DNA of 64,000 nt from assembly GCF_009914755.1 (NCBI RefSeq), contig NC_060931.1, one strand, 5' to 3'. The stretch is from the human T2T-CHM13v2.0 reference genome, Homo sapiens. The notes under the pieces were generated by a model. The model made no database searches. It was not told where the DNA came from and worked only from the letters and a program-made list of their open reading frames with translations. The position numbers and the translations under genes were made by a program. This document shows positions 42,626 to 57,700 of this stretch, piece after piece (the stretch's first letter is position 1; each line of letters begins with the position of its first letter).

Positions 42626-45600
42626 GGTGGAACACCCAGTGCATGTTTGCTATGATTCTCCTGTCTTTAGCTCAGTGTCTCCCAGCATCTGCCTCCAACA
42701 TGCCCTGGAGTTCTTACGAGTGGAGCTGCTGGCCAGCCATCTGCTGTGCAACCAACAGTGCCACATACGTGGGGTCAGGAATAATGATTTTGCATTGGCT
42801 TTCTTTTAAAAATTCTAGGCTATATCATCTAGTCCTAGAGGTTTAGTGACACCCTCAATCAGGTCTAAAAGCCCCTTTGGTGGTGGAGGCACTGCCATCC
42901 CTCTGAAGGTCATCGGCTGCCTGACTCTGGCTGCCAAGCTGAGGCTGAGCCATGTTAGGGGAATTAACCAGCATTTTAGGCAAAGTTACAGGACTGGCAC
43001 TGGGGTAAGTAGCAAATAGAAAACGAGGCTGGGAACACAGAAGGTGGGAATCAACATGCCCACAGCATGGAGAAATCAGGCTCGAGAACAAGGATGATCA
43101 ATGTGTAGGAGGGAAGGTCTCCATCGCTCCAGCTGGGACACAGAAGGGCTGGGGAAGCTCTTCAGCTGGAGAGGGACCAGGTGACCCCTCCATGTGGCTG
43201 CACTTGGGGGTGCATCCTTGTTTTCCCAGGACTGATGCTTCCCCTTGAGCCCCTCAGTATCTCCTGACAAAGCTGACCACCCCCATGTAAGGGGAGATCC
43301 CTCCCCAACCCCCTTTCCATCCTGAAGCCCCTTTTGGATAAGCTCCTGCACAGGGGTCTTGATCCTGTTCGCTTGCCTTGGAGGCTCTGCCCCATCAATC
43401 ACCTCACTTGAATTTGCAACCGCACCTCCTCTACTGTGTGGACCTGTCCAGACCTTTGGCCTTCAAAGCCCCCCTCCCCTGCTATTCCCTTAAGCTATTT
43501 TCCCTTTGAGTTCCCATGGTACTTTGCTCATTTTTATGGGACTGACACTGTGTTTTGTGTTATAATGATTTGTATGTGTTTCGTCTTGTTTATTACCCTG
43601 CAAACCTCATGAGGACACAAACTGTCTACCTTATTTATGTAACACCTGCAGTTCCCAGCATAATATCTTACACTAGTGGGGCCAATAAATACTGACTGTG
43701 TTAAATTTTATGATAATTCTGACTTCTAAGAACAAGTAATCATATTTCCCCACATTTTTTTTTTCTGATCCCAAAATGTAGTCACAATAATGTGATCACA
43801 GTTACACAGTGGTTTCTCTATAAATAAAACAGCTACTGGTTTCTGTTTTATCCTACTCAGACTCAAATACACTTTCCTACCTTCTTGAGTGCAAAGACAT
43901 TTTCTAAGGCACTTGCCATTAGATCTCTCTAGAAAACATTATTCTGGGAGCTCCCAGTCACAACTGTGGACAGCTGAAGCCTTTTGGATGACTCCCTAGC
44001 CTCAGTCTGCAGCTTCCCTATTCAGCCTCATGTGTCCGGCACATTTTCACGACCCTGGCAGGCTGGCAGTCCCCGCCACTCTTCACTGCAGGATGCTGTG
44101 GGACTCAGTAGCCACTGCTACTGTCTGTCTGTGGCTGCCCCTCACCTGTGCACCTGGCTCTCTCTCCCAGGTTTCTTTGAAGGTCCTCATCTGCTGCCCA
44201 GCCTCTCGGTTCTATCATTTCTTTCTGGGGGCCTTAGGGGCTGCCGCAGAGGCACGGACATGCTCTGGCTTTGCGTTCCACTCTCAGCCCTGTCAGCTCT
44301 CTGACTGGTGGAGAGACGGCTCTCTCATCCTCCTTCTCAGACACGCTATTCAATTCTCTCCTGGGCACAGATGTTGAGAGTCTGTGTCAACTCAGATCTC
44401 ATACGTTAGGAATGAGATTCCAATCTAGCTGATTGTCAGATTTTAAATTGCTTTTGCTTTTTTCCATTTGTGGCAAAGGGCCGGGCAAGGCTGCTGGACC
44501 CTTCTGATGACCAAGGCTACCCACGTGTGGGTGGCTGCTCAAGGCCAGGCTTCAGTCTGGGGCTGGGCAGGGCCGTCCCCTTTGTGAAGAGACTGCTGAG
44601 CCCACGTGAGGACTGAACCGACAGTATTCCTGGGTGGTGGTGTGGGGGCACTGCGGAGAATGGACCATTCACTCAACTTGAGGCTGTCATCAAAAAGGGA
44701 CCTGAGGCCATTTCTGGACTAGGCAGATGGGGAGTAAAAGGCAGTCCTGGGCTGCCAAAGTATTCAGTGCTATGCCTGGACCTTTGACCTGGGTCCCCTC
44801 TGACACCTGGCACAATGCTACGGCCACAAGTGCTCCACTACATTCTTCTCTGAAATACAATGACAATTAGGCTGTACCTAATTGGTGGGAAGAGGACACT
44901 TGAATGAGACATGTACTAACCCCACCCAGAAACAAACTAAAACCACTGGACTTCATTATAAAGAGGGAAGGGAACGTCCTATGCAGGAATAGTTATAATG
45001 AGAATGTTTTCATCAGTCTATCTATACATTTTGTAATGATTTCAAATGTGAGAATTTATTATCTAATCAAAGGATTTGTGATTACTAATTAGTTACATTG
45101 CATCCAATCAGGAATTAATAATTCGAGCCTAATTGTGAATTAGGCTTCATATCCAGCTGCAGGATGCGTGCTGACTGGCAGCGCTGGGCCTGGGAGGGGC
45201 AGGCCTCCCTTCCCTGGCTCTCGGTTCCAGTGCAAAGGAGCCAGCAGGGTGGGGCCATGAGATTTTGGGCTCTACAAGGCCACACTCTAGGGATGCAGAA
45301 GGCCAGGAGGCCAACTGTTCTAGAGGGGTTGCTCAGAACCTGAGCTGAGTGGCCCAAACAAAAACCACATTTTGCTGAAGTCTGGCTGGGCAGTACAGAA
45401 AAAGAGGCTCTGGCGCCAGGGTTAGTAGTTTTGTAAATATAATAAAGATTTCTTCCCTCTCCCCAGGAAGCACACAAAGACTAAAATGAATTATTATTAC
45501 TTTGGGATAAACAGTAATGCTCTCTGGGTGAAGAGCCAACTGGCAGTTTTGAAAGATTAGGTTAATCAGACACAGGGAAATTTCTGATTAATTGGACAAT

Positions 45601-46000
45601 TACTTCGTATTCTGAGTGAGCCAAGGCAATGTTAGAGAAATATCCTGACCAACTGGGAATAAATTCACTAGCTTGAGGCAGAGACTTTTAAACTTACAGA
45701 GGATGAAATACACTGGCATTGTGTGCCCGATTTTTATGGTCTCAAGTTCCCCAAATGTATAGGGCCTATAATTATCTTTTAAGACCAACATGATTCGACA
45801 TTATTTTGGTTTTAAACAATTATGGAAAACCTGTTTGACATTCCCTTGAAATAACTTTAGGACCACAGTAGATGGCAAAACCAAACTGTAAGGGTCAGAA
45901 GAGAGGGATCCTTATGTTTGATGATGGAAGATGGTCAGATCTGCACACAATGCAAACCCTCCCGGCTCCTTCCTGGAAGGCTAAGGTGGCACTGCCTCAC

Positions 46001-46282
46001 CTGGTGGGGGCGTGTTTCTGTTCCTCCTCCTCGTCCGTGTCACTGCTGATGGTGATGACGCTGACCGTGGGGCTGGGAGTGTCGGGAATGACAATTGTCT
46101 GCCGCTGCCGTTCCCGGGTGGTGCTGGAGGCCACGTCGCCCCACCCACAGGTGACCGAGGTGCTGCAGGCCGGGCTACTGTGCACCATGGCACAGCGGGG
46201 AGGTGTGTTCTCCTTGACACGCTTGGATCGCTGTGGGGAGCTGATGGCCTGAGAGGAGGACACCTCACAGGTGGAGACATTT
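46001..46282 (-). CDS. HIPK2: HIPK2 coding exon 12 (282 nt; basic NLS RSKRVK, PEST/speckle-retention region, SUMO-interacting motif [15 protein letters not shown])
   Basis: Acceptor ttacAG|AAAT, donor ACCAG|GTGAGG. Phase 2 to 2. Contained in ORF 45997..46419. Confidence 0.97.
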
Positions 46283-47147
46283 CTGTAATGAGAAAACCAC
46301 ACTCTCACACAGAGGAAGGTCAGGCCCCACAACTCCTTCGAAGGAGCCCAATTGCCTAGAAACACCTGCTTTGCCAAATCTCTGTAAAACACGTCAGTGG
46401 CTGCCCAATGAGCCTCCATCTGTGACTGGGAAAGGGATCATTCAGTGAGCGGCTACACAGGCCTTCTCTGGGCTCTGGTTTGGATCTACATGCCTGCTCC
46501 CAGCAGGACAAAGGGAGCAGCCAGGGCTTTCGGAGCAGGGAGGGGGCTCTTGTGCCCCAGGCTCTACAGGTCTTGTAGGAGCAGATGTCATGCCAGGATT
46601 CCAGCTGTGTTTGCCCCAACACACCCCCTCGCCTTCAGGGTCAAGGCCCTACTTCTGAGCTCTGTCTTGTGTCATCCCTTCAAAGGTACTTAAGTCTTGT
46701 TTTGGGGGTGGTGGAAGAATTGGTGTTTGCCACATCAAGCTTTGGTTTCCTTGCTAATGGTTATTCTACTGAAACATTCATTCCTTAAGAGTTTCAGGAT
46801 CTAAAGGACCTAACCTTGGTGACCAGTGGTTCAGTTTTCCTTCTTTCCTCCTCTGGAAAAAGAACATGACCATCAAAGTATTTGTGTGCATATAATTGCT
46901 AAAAACCTTAAAAATGATTTTTCTGGATTTTGCCTCGTGGAGCCTCATGGGAGGCGCATTAGTCTAAATTGTAATAGAAAATTTGGAAAAGTGCAAGAGT
47001 TTTGAAAAAGCACTCTTAAAAAGAGAACTTTTAATCTTAATTTTGATCAACTTGAAATTCCTTACTAAATTAACCAGTGTGATTTTTGGTAACTTTAGGG
47101 GAAAAATACTTTCTCCCCTCCCTATTAGATCCTCACTGACTCTGGCA

Positions 47148-47477
47148 CAGGGTGAACATCTTTTACCTGAAATGCTTGGTCCAGAAGTGTTTCGGATTTT
47201 TGTTTTCAGATTTTGGAATATTTGCATATACATAATGAGATATATTGGGGATGAAACCCAAGTCTAAACACAAAATTCTTTTGTTTCATATACACCTTAT
47301 ACACATAGCCTGAGGTCATTTTATACATTATTTTATAATAATTTTCTGGATGAAACAAAGTTTTGACTGAGACCACATGTCAGGTGTGGAATTTTCCACT
47401 TACGGCATCATGTCAATCCTCAAAAAGTTCCGAATTTGGGACAATTTTGGAGTTCTGGATTAGGGATGCTCAACCTG
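47148..47477. mobile_element. Tigger4/MER46-type non-autonomous DNA transposon
   Basis: Terminal inverted repeats CAGGGTGAACATC...GATGCTCAACCTG followed by TA. Confidence 0.8.
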
Positions 47478-49084
47478 TAGTATCTATGCAGTGAGAGACT
47501 AACAGCAATGTATAATGAAACTCAGACTTTTATATGTCTTTAGAGATTCTAGCACCTTCTAGCTAAAGGGATGGCAGTAAAATGAAAATAATTCAATAAA
47601 GGTGGATTTATTTTCCTATCTAGCTAGTGCCAGATACATTGCTTGCTCCTTCTAGGGACTGGTAATATGTTTCACTGATATGATTGTACCATTGTTTGTA
47701 CTTACTATAAACCTATGTATTTGTCGTTGCTAATACATTACAATTTTAAGATTATGTTTTTCACTACCAATGGTTTTAGTATCTCCACTTGGCATTGTTA
47801 AGGAAAAGTATGCCTGGCCACATCACCAACAAGGGAGAGACTTCTGGTCTTTCAGACTGTTTTGCTAAGGCATTGGTCTTAAAAATAAGCAAATACATAC
47901 CTTTCACTATAATTATATCGATCTTGAAATGTACTGGCAATGAGGCTTCATGAAGTCAGCTGGGTGGTGAGTAAACAAAAAGGAGGGACTTGCTAAACAG
48001 GTTGGGAGGCTAAGGGTTCTTACTGCCCCTACTCAGCCAAGGTGAACCACAAAGATGCTAAGCTCAGTCCTGGGACAGAGTAGTGCTCCATGTGACCTTG
48101 CTGGGCATGACAGCCCATGAGGATTGAGACAGTGGACTTTGTTGCCACCCAGTCTAATAATGACATGGGTGAGCTGTCACAAGGCTGCCAAACAAAAGCG
48201 TTCTGGAAAGCTGCCAATGATCTGAGATAAATTTCCCTGAGTTGTCAGAAATACCCAAATAAGGAATCTTGGAGGATGACAACTTCAGCCCTTGGATGAA
48301 TTTTTGAATAAGAATGAAAAGAAAAAGGCCTAGTTTCTGGTATCTGCTTATATGAGGAAGCAGAAAACCAAAATCACTAGACATTTTGTATACCAGATTT
48401 CTCTTGATTGACTTATCGCAAATAAGCAATTAAGCACCTCAAAGCTGTGCCATTAGGAAGAGATGCAGGAGCAATCCTGTAGTCACACGATCTCTCTCTC
48501 TCTCTCTGGCTTGGAAATCTCCATTTTTTAAAAAGTCAGGTTTATTAAGGTATAACTGACATATAGCAACATTTCTCCCTTTGAAGTGTTTGATGAGTTT
48601 TGACAAATGCACAGTCATAACCCCCCCTACAATCCAGACTTAGAGCTTTTCCCCTCAGGATTCTTCGCAGTCAATCTCCTCCTCTCCTACTGGTCTCTGG
48701 CAAGCCCTAATCGGATCTCTGTCTCTATGTTTTGCCTTTTCCGAAATGCCATATAGATGGAATCATACAGCATGCAGCCTTTTGTTGACCTTGATTTTTT
48801 CAAAGTGTTCATTGAGATGAGAATGGATTTAAAGGGAATGGGAAAGATTTGTGTTCTGCTGGTTAGTGTCTGGGATTAAACAAGCTATTGCTTCTATTTA
48901 AGCAAGGTGCTAAATCAGTTAAACTTCTGATCTTAGATACAAAGAAAGCACATTTCTTTAGTATTTTTTAAAACATTTTTAAACAACTTCAACATTTTAA
49001 AATATTTTAAAACAATTATTATGGTAAATTGTTTCCAAAATGAAACTTCAGGTGAAGCTGAGTGTTCTCCAGACAAGTAGAAAG

Positions 49085-49520
49085 TGACAAAAGATAATTT
49101 GCTTCACCAAACTTTAGTCAGGCTTGTGAACCTTCTCCTAGGTCTAACTGTGCACTCTGCTGTACAATCTACTTTTGGCAAAAAACCTTGCTAAGTCAGT
49201 TTAGCAAGAACCCACCATCCCTGATATCTGATCACCCTCGATATCTGATGAGGTTCCTCATCCTCCAGGTGTGATATCTGATCACCCGGGCCTGTCATTA
49301 GCAAGAATCCTGTTAGGTCAGTTTAGGCAGAATCTCCCTTACCCCTGATGCTTCCTCTTAGTAACTTCCCATCCACCGACACCCCCCAACCCTGCCTTGG
49401 CTATAAATTTTCACTCGCCCACGCTGTATGGAGTTGAGCCCAATCTCTCTTGCCCACTGCAAGATTCCATTGCATCCATCCCTACACTATTACCACGGTC
49501 TTAAACCAAGTGCTTCCTGC
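49085..49520 (+). mobile_element. MER31-like ERV1 solo LTR
   Basis: TGACAAA...ACCAAACTTTAGTCAGGC start, repeated GATATCTGATCACCC units, GTCAGTTTAG repeats and a CTATAAA TATA box at 49401. Confidence 0.75.
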
Positions 49521-49700
49521 AAACCCTAGGCCAAACCAGGTGGTACAGGATGTTTTGCTAGTCACTGCAGGAAGAGGAGTGCCCCCATCCCATGCAACTG
49601 TCCCATGTTCAGAGTGGGTGCTGATACTCCCTAAACTACATTTCTTTAGCACTCACATCCCCTGGGATTTCTCTTCCCTAGGGTGGCTCTCACCACCTAC

Positions 49701-49880
49701 CTCACAGATGACTGGTGCTGCTTACTCTTCCGGGAGGAGGTGGTGCTGGTTGGCTGCTGCCGCATCACGTGGGCCACACCCACATTTAAGGGCTGTGCTG
49801 CTGGAAGGGTCACATGACCGGTCAATAGTGCAGGCTGCTGCATGATGGGATTATAATGGCTTCCGTGAGCATGCGTATTT
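49701..49880 (-). CDS. HIPK2: HIPK2 coding exon 11 (180 nt; [15 protein letters not shown]...[11 protein letters not shown])
   Basis: Acceptor tttcAG|AAAT, donor GTGAG|GTAGGT. Phase 2 to 2. Contained in ORF 49697..49903. Confidence 0.97.
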
Positions 49881-50244
49881 CTGAAAGGCAACCGGGACAA
49901 CAAGGTGCCTTAGAGGTGTTCTAAAAGTAGAGCTCCTCTATAAGATCAAGCTTCCTCCCCAATTAAACGCTGACTGCAGTTGGTTATCTCACTAGCTGTG
50001 CAGCTGCTGAAGGGATGAGCCTGGCCATGTGTGCTCAACGGGTGGGTTTCTTCTACTCATAAGGAGTAGGTGAAACATAACTGGCTGTGAGTGAGAAAGA
50101 GGACTTTCAAGTGGGAAGAATGCCAAGTACACCGGCTCCAAGTTTTTAAGTTCTAGGGACTGGAGATAAATATTCCCTCCAACTTTTAAAGTCCCTGAGC
50201 ACCTAGGTGTTTATCCTGAACAATATTCTATTTTAGAATTTACA

Positions 50245-50541
50245 GGCCAGGTATGGTGGCTCACACCTGTAATCCCAGCACTCTGGGAGACCGAGGAGGG
50301 CAGACGGCTTGAGCTCAAGAGTTTGAGACCAGCCTGGGCAACATGGCAAAACCCCCTTTCTACCAGAAATACAAAAAATTAGCTGGGCATGGTGGGGTGC
50401 ACCTATGGGCCCAGCTACTCGGGAGGCTGAGGTGGCAGGATCACTTAAGCCTGGGAGGCAGAGGTTGCATGAGCCGAGATTGTGCCACTGCACTCCAGCC
50501 TGGGTGACAGAGCGAGACACTGTCTCAAAAAAAAAAAAAAA
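50245..50541 (+). mobile_element. Alu (J/S-type)
   Basis: Full dimer with A-tail. Confidence 0.92.
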
Positions 50542-51096
50542 GTTTCACCTTAATTTTATAAAAAAAATTTTTAAATGAAGAAAAAGCGGAATTTACACAG
50601 TGTCTTCAATGGGTTATTTTATTCCACTCTGTGACGTAGGCAGGATATCTTAGCAATACCATTTTATTAAAGAAGAAATTATACTTTACGTGAAAAACAA
50701 ACTTTGAAGCCTGGGAGCCATATGCTTCTGGTGTTAGGAAGTGTTAATGTTCTTTTGAATTCCCTCAGTGGCTGGAACAATGCTCAGGCATATAGCAGCT
50801 GATCAATTAATTACACGCTTGCTGAATGAATAATTAGATTAACTGAAGGTTGACTAGACAAGTATAAAGTTGGTATTAAATCAAAATTAATAACAGTCAT
50901 GATAGAAATACTGGCAGCCCTCATCCTAAAAACGGGTTATGTTTCACAATTCTTATAATTTGGGTTGTATGAAGCTTAAAGCCTTGTTTTCCCACAGAAA
51001 TGTTAAAGGTGGTGACTGACTCAGAGATTGGCCCATAAGAGCTCATTTAACACATAATAAAATTCAAAGCTAAAGGATAATTCATTTGAATTTTAG

Positions 51097-51543
<447 letters not shown>

Positions 51544-52029
51544 TGATATTATGGCTTCTTTATTTTGTTGTAGCTCTTTCTCCTGTAGACAGGTGGCACT
51601 CTTTCTCTTTTGAGTCAGGCCTAGCACTGGTACTTCTGTTTGTTAGCCACAATAATAGATGTTCTTTGGCTCACACATGAAATGGAGAGAGACCAGGAAG
51701 AGAGTATGCTGGCTTTAGATGTCTCCTGTGGTCACTAGGTAAGAGATGTCAAAACGAAAGGAAGGAGGGAGGAGGAATAAGAAAATATGTAGGAATTAGT
51801 AAGTGTATGTGTATTTCTGAAATTAGATGAGCTATAAATGCTGAAAGACAAAAGGGAAAAAAAGGAATATGTCATGTGTGTGGTCTTTTAGGAGAAAAAG
51901 GGGCGAGGGAAAAAAAAAAACCCAGTTGGTCAGACAGCTTTCCACTCGGCTGCTCCTAAGGAGCTGGAGGAGGAAAGGCAATCTTGCTGAGCATGGGCCG
52001 ATGTGATAGTGGGGAGGGAAGATGACAGG

Positions 52030-52285
52030 TTTATTTAATGCCTGTCATGTACCGGGCACTGCGATGGTGCATGTTAAATATAGGCCAAGTGCTTTGTATT
52101 TTATCTTACTTTAAACCTCCCAACAATCCTGTGAAGCAGGCATTACTATCCCCACTTTATTGAAGAAGAAACTGAGGTGCATAAAGGTTAACTTGCCCCA
52201 GGTCATGCAGAGCCAGGATTGAACTCAGCTCTACATGGTTTGAGATGGAGTCTCACTCTGTTGCCCAGGCTGGAGTGGTGGCATG
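52030..52285 (-). mobile_element. MIR followed by a short Alu fragment
   Basis: CCCACTTTATTGAAGAAGAAACTGAGG...TAACTTGCCCCAGGTCA, then TGAGATGGAGTCTCACTCTGTTGCCCAGGCTGGAGT. Confidence 0.7.
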
Positions 52286-53364
52286 AGGGCGTTGCCAGAA
52301 GGGAAGTGAGTGGGACTGTGGGGAAGGGCCCAGGTACTCTGTACTGGGCAGAAAATGAACTGGAGGAATGGAGGAAGCTGCAGTAGGGGTCTGACTGGGG
52401 GCTTATATCACCACCTTTCTTCTTTTCTCGGAGAGATCTTAATTCACAATAGCCTTGTAGGTCAGAATAAGAACTGTGGGAGGTTCCCTGTGTGATATGG
52501 AGGCTGTCAGGGGGTTGAGGGGAGTGACCTGTCCTGATATTCGTGCAGAATGAGAGATAGCCCAATAGGGCCATGAGGAGTTGGGGACAACTTGGAGGGT
52601 TGCCATCTGGCTCTGCACTGGTGAAGGGGCCATTGTGGTGGTGTTCGGGGGAAGGTACAAGGGTATCTAGCCATAAAAATAACAGAGGAGCGCATCTGTG
52701 AGGAAATCATGAGTTGGGCAGGGTAGAGTTCTGGAAACAGATGCAGGGGGTATGCTGTGCTGGCAGGCAGTCAGGTGGACGCCTCTGGGGTGTGTGGGAA
52801 GTAGACTCTGATCTGTAAGATATGACTATTAACTGAAGAGGCACACTCAGCAAACATGCCAGCATTTACCCTTCCAAATAAACCCCATTCTGTCAAGCCA
52901 TCCCGTGGGAGGTCAGATAGACTCCAGAGTACCCCCGTCTCAAACATCTTCAGAACACTTTCTAGAATTGCTTAGGGCTTTGGGGACCCTCTTCTGCATT
53001 CTTTCACTGGTGACAGACCTTTGTTTTCTGAACGTAGAATTTAATTCTGAGAAACTACCAAACATCATCCAGAACCAAGTCTGGTGAATTACACTGATGA
53101 GTAAATGACATAACTGAATTCTGGGTGGAAATGACAACCAAGCATAAATTAATGAAACTGATTTTCTTGTATCCTGGTATATTATTTAAAAATTGCTTCT
53201 TGTTACCCTGCACTCATAGTCCACACAATATTTTTAGAAGCTTTAAAAAGCTCTCTACAAACCGGGGAATTGAAGTACAGGCCAGCCTGGCAGCCCTGTG
53301 TTGGCAGTGGACGTGCCTCCCATCCCAGACACACCCACTCACCCTAGAGGGGTTTCCTGCTTAC

Positions 53365-53507
53365 CTCCAGTCCGCCAGCTGCTGGGTGCCTGCCATGGTC
53401 TCGGGAATCACGGTGGCATGCTGCACTGATGTGTGGGTGGCCACTCCAGTCAGTTGCTGCCATGCTGGGGGAAGCAGGATCTGCTGGGTCCCACTTGGCC
53501 AAGCCTG
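53365..53507 (-). CDS. HIPK2: HIPK2 coding exon 10 (143 nt; [18 protein letters not shown]...QQLADW-R)
   Basis: Acceptor ttctacAG|CAGGCT, donor TGGAG|GTAAGC. Phase 0 to 2. Read directly from the sequence; this frame is not in the ORF track. Confidence 0.96.
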
Positions 53508-53683
53508 CTGTAGAACACAGGACATGTGCAATGACCATGTTTGCTAATCACATAATTGATTTGCATGAACCCACACTTATTCTGTGCCTGGGGTTGTGCT
53601 AGACATTCTCATGGGTGTGAGAGTGAGGGCCTGGTCTCTGGCCTCAAAAACTAAAGTAAGGGGAGATAAACAATGAACATACA

Positions 53684-53993
53684 GGCCGGGTGCAGTGGCT
53701 CACGCCTGTAATCCTAGCACTTTGGGAGGCTGAGGAGAGCGGATCACGAGGTCAGGAGATCCAGACCATCCTGGCTAACACAGTGAAACCCCATCTCTAC
53801 TAAAAATACAAAAAATTAGCTGGGCGTGGTAGCGGGCACCTGTAGTCCCAGCTACTTGGGAGGCTAAGGCAGGAGAATGGCATGAACCTGGGAGGTGGAG
53901 CTTGAAGAAGTGAGCCGAGATGGCGCCACTGCACTCCAGCCTGGGCGACAGAGCGAGACTCCGTCTCAAAAAAAAAAAAAAAAAAAAAAAAAA
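53684..53993 (+). mobile_element. AluY-like element in intron 9, ~175 nt from the exon 10 acceptor
   Basis: AluY diagnostics (GGATCACGAGGTCAGGAGATC, CCTGGCTAACAC, GAGAATGGCATGAACC), long pure A-tail and TSD GAACATA. Confidence 0.9.
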
Positions 53994-54519
53994 GAACATA
54001 TATGAACTAAGTAGAAGATAATTAAGTACAGGGACACAGCTGTATGGAAGGGATTCATTCATGTTGAAGAATGATTTCTTTATAAATTTGCTCTAATGAG
54101 CAATGCTTGAAGTTTCTGAAAGTTTATTTATTTACTTGTTCTGTCCCACAACTATGTACAGGGGATTAGGGTAGTTGAGTTGAGCTAGATGAGGGTGACC
54201 GCTGGCCCTCAAGAAGCTTTCTGCCTAGTATCCTTTATTTAACATTTTACCTTTGATTTATCAATTAGAATCTAGGTTCCAGCTTGTGTTATCTTCTGAA
54301 TCTAAGTTTACACAATTCTAAGATCACCAAATATCTGGAACCTACATCTGAGAGCAAGCAAGTATGAAGTAAAATTCTTAGCTGTGACTATAGCTTAATT
54401 GAGAATTACTTTGATTTCTCAAAGCAAAAATGAGAGAGAGGCGGAAGTCACTGCTTGAACCTAATTTTTCTAAGAAATCTAAAATGAACGTTTGTGATTC
54501 TTCCTTGATAGATTCACTG

Positions 54520-54547
<28 letters not shown>
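54520..54547 (+). repeat. (TG)n microsatellite, ~14 units
   Basis: Direct reading. Confidence 0.95.
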
Positions 54548-54551
<4 letters not shown>

Positions 54552-55669
54552 TGTGTTTTAAGCTCTTTTAATCCATGATCACTATTCTGCTTGTCTTTGG
54601 TCATTAGATGATTCAGACTGAATACCACTGCCTAAAGTTGGACACTTAAAGCATAGTCACTAAGGTAAAATACCTTTTGGACAGATCAAATATTTAAAGG
54701 TTTGATATCTTAGCCATCTCTCTTTCTATCAGAGTGGATGTGACTAACATTGGGTAATTTATCGAATGCAGTGCTTCACAAACTGTGCATGTGCTCAGTG
54801 TGGGTGTTTTATAGGTACAAATACGCAATTCTGGAAATGGATTACAGATTTGAGTCAGGGCCTAAAAAACATTGACGCTTATAAAAATGAGAGAATCACA
54901 TTTGAGAGCTGAGTGGACCAGTTCACCTGTTCCGTTATTTTCATGTTGCACCTGAGGCCCAGTGCAATCTCTTAGATGTTTTTGATACTGTTTGTTTGCT
55001 TTTGATATAGGCAGAAGCTCAGGGACCATGCGCATACCATGAGTGCTTAATATCTGTTGATAAAATGAAAGAAGCAACTCTACCAACGCTATTAACTACA
55101 GTTAATTGTATTTCAGGTTTACTTAACTCACAGAAAGCGGAAACATAATTTAATTGATTAAAACAGTTGCAAATTCCAAATATTAAATAAATAACAATTT
55201 CGTTTGCAGTAAGGTTTCTACTGACTTAGCCAATTGGAACTCATTTCAGAGCTCATGAAAAGCATTAGTTTTAACTAATGTCATTTAAAAAATAAATCTT
55301 GATATCAAGCTAAGGTTATCATTTTTCTTCTATTTCCCTGAAATGGATATTAACATTTTACCTCAAAGAGATAGGGTAGAAAGACTATTTTTGACTTATT
55401 TCACTGATTGATATGCTTGGCTCATTTGTGACAACGCTTCATCAGACATTTTTATAATTTATTACTACTAACAAGAATGAAGTGAACATTTCTTAATGGA
55501 TATTGTGTGCCAAACACAGAGTTAAGTCATAAATGAGTTTCTGACTACTTCTTTTTTCTGACTTCTTAATACCAGTTCTGTGAGGTAGGGACTGTTATTT
55601 TCTTCCATTTCTAAGATTAATAAATTGAGACACAGAGAGGTTAATAATATTAATAACTTGCCCTGAAAT

Positions 55670-57700
<2,031 letters not shown>

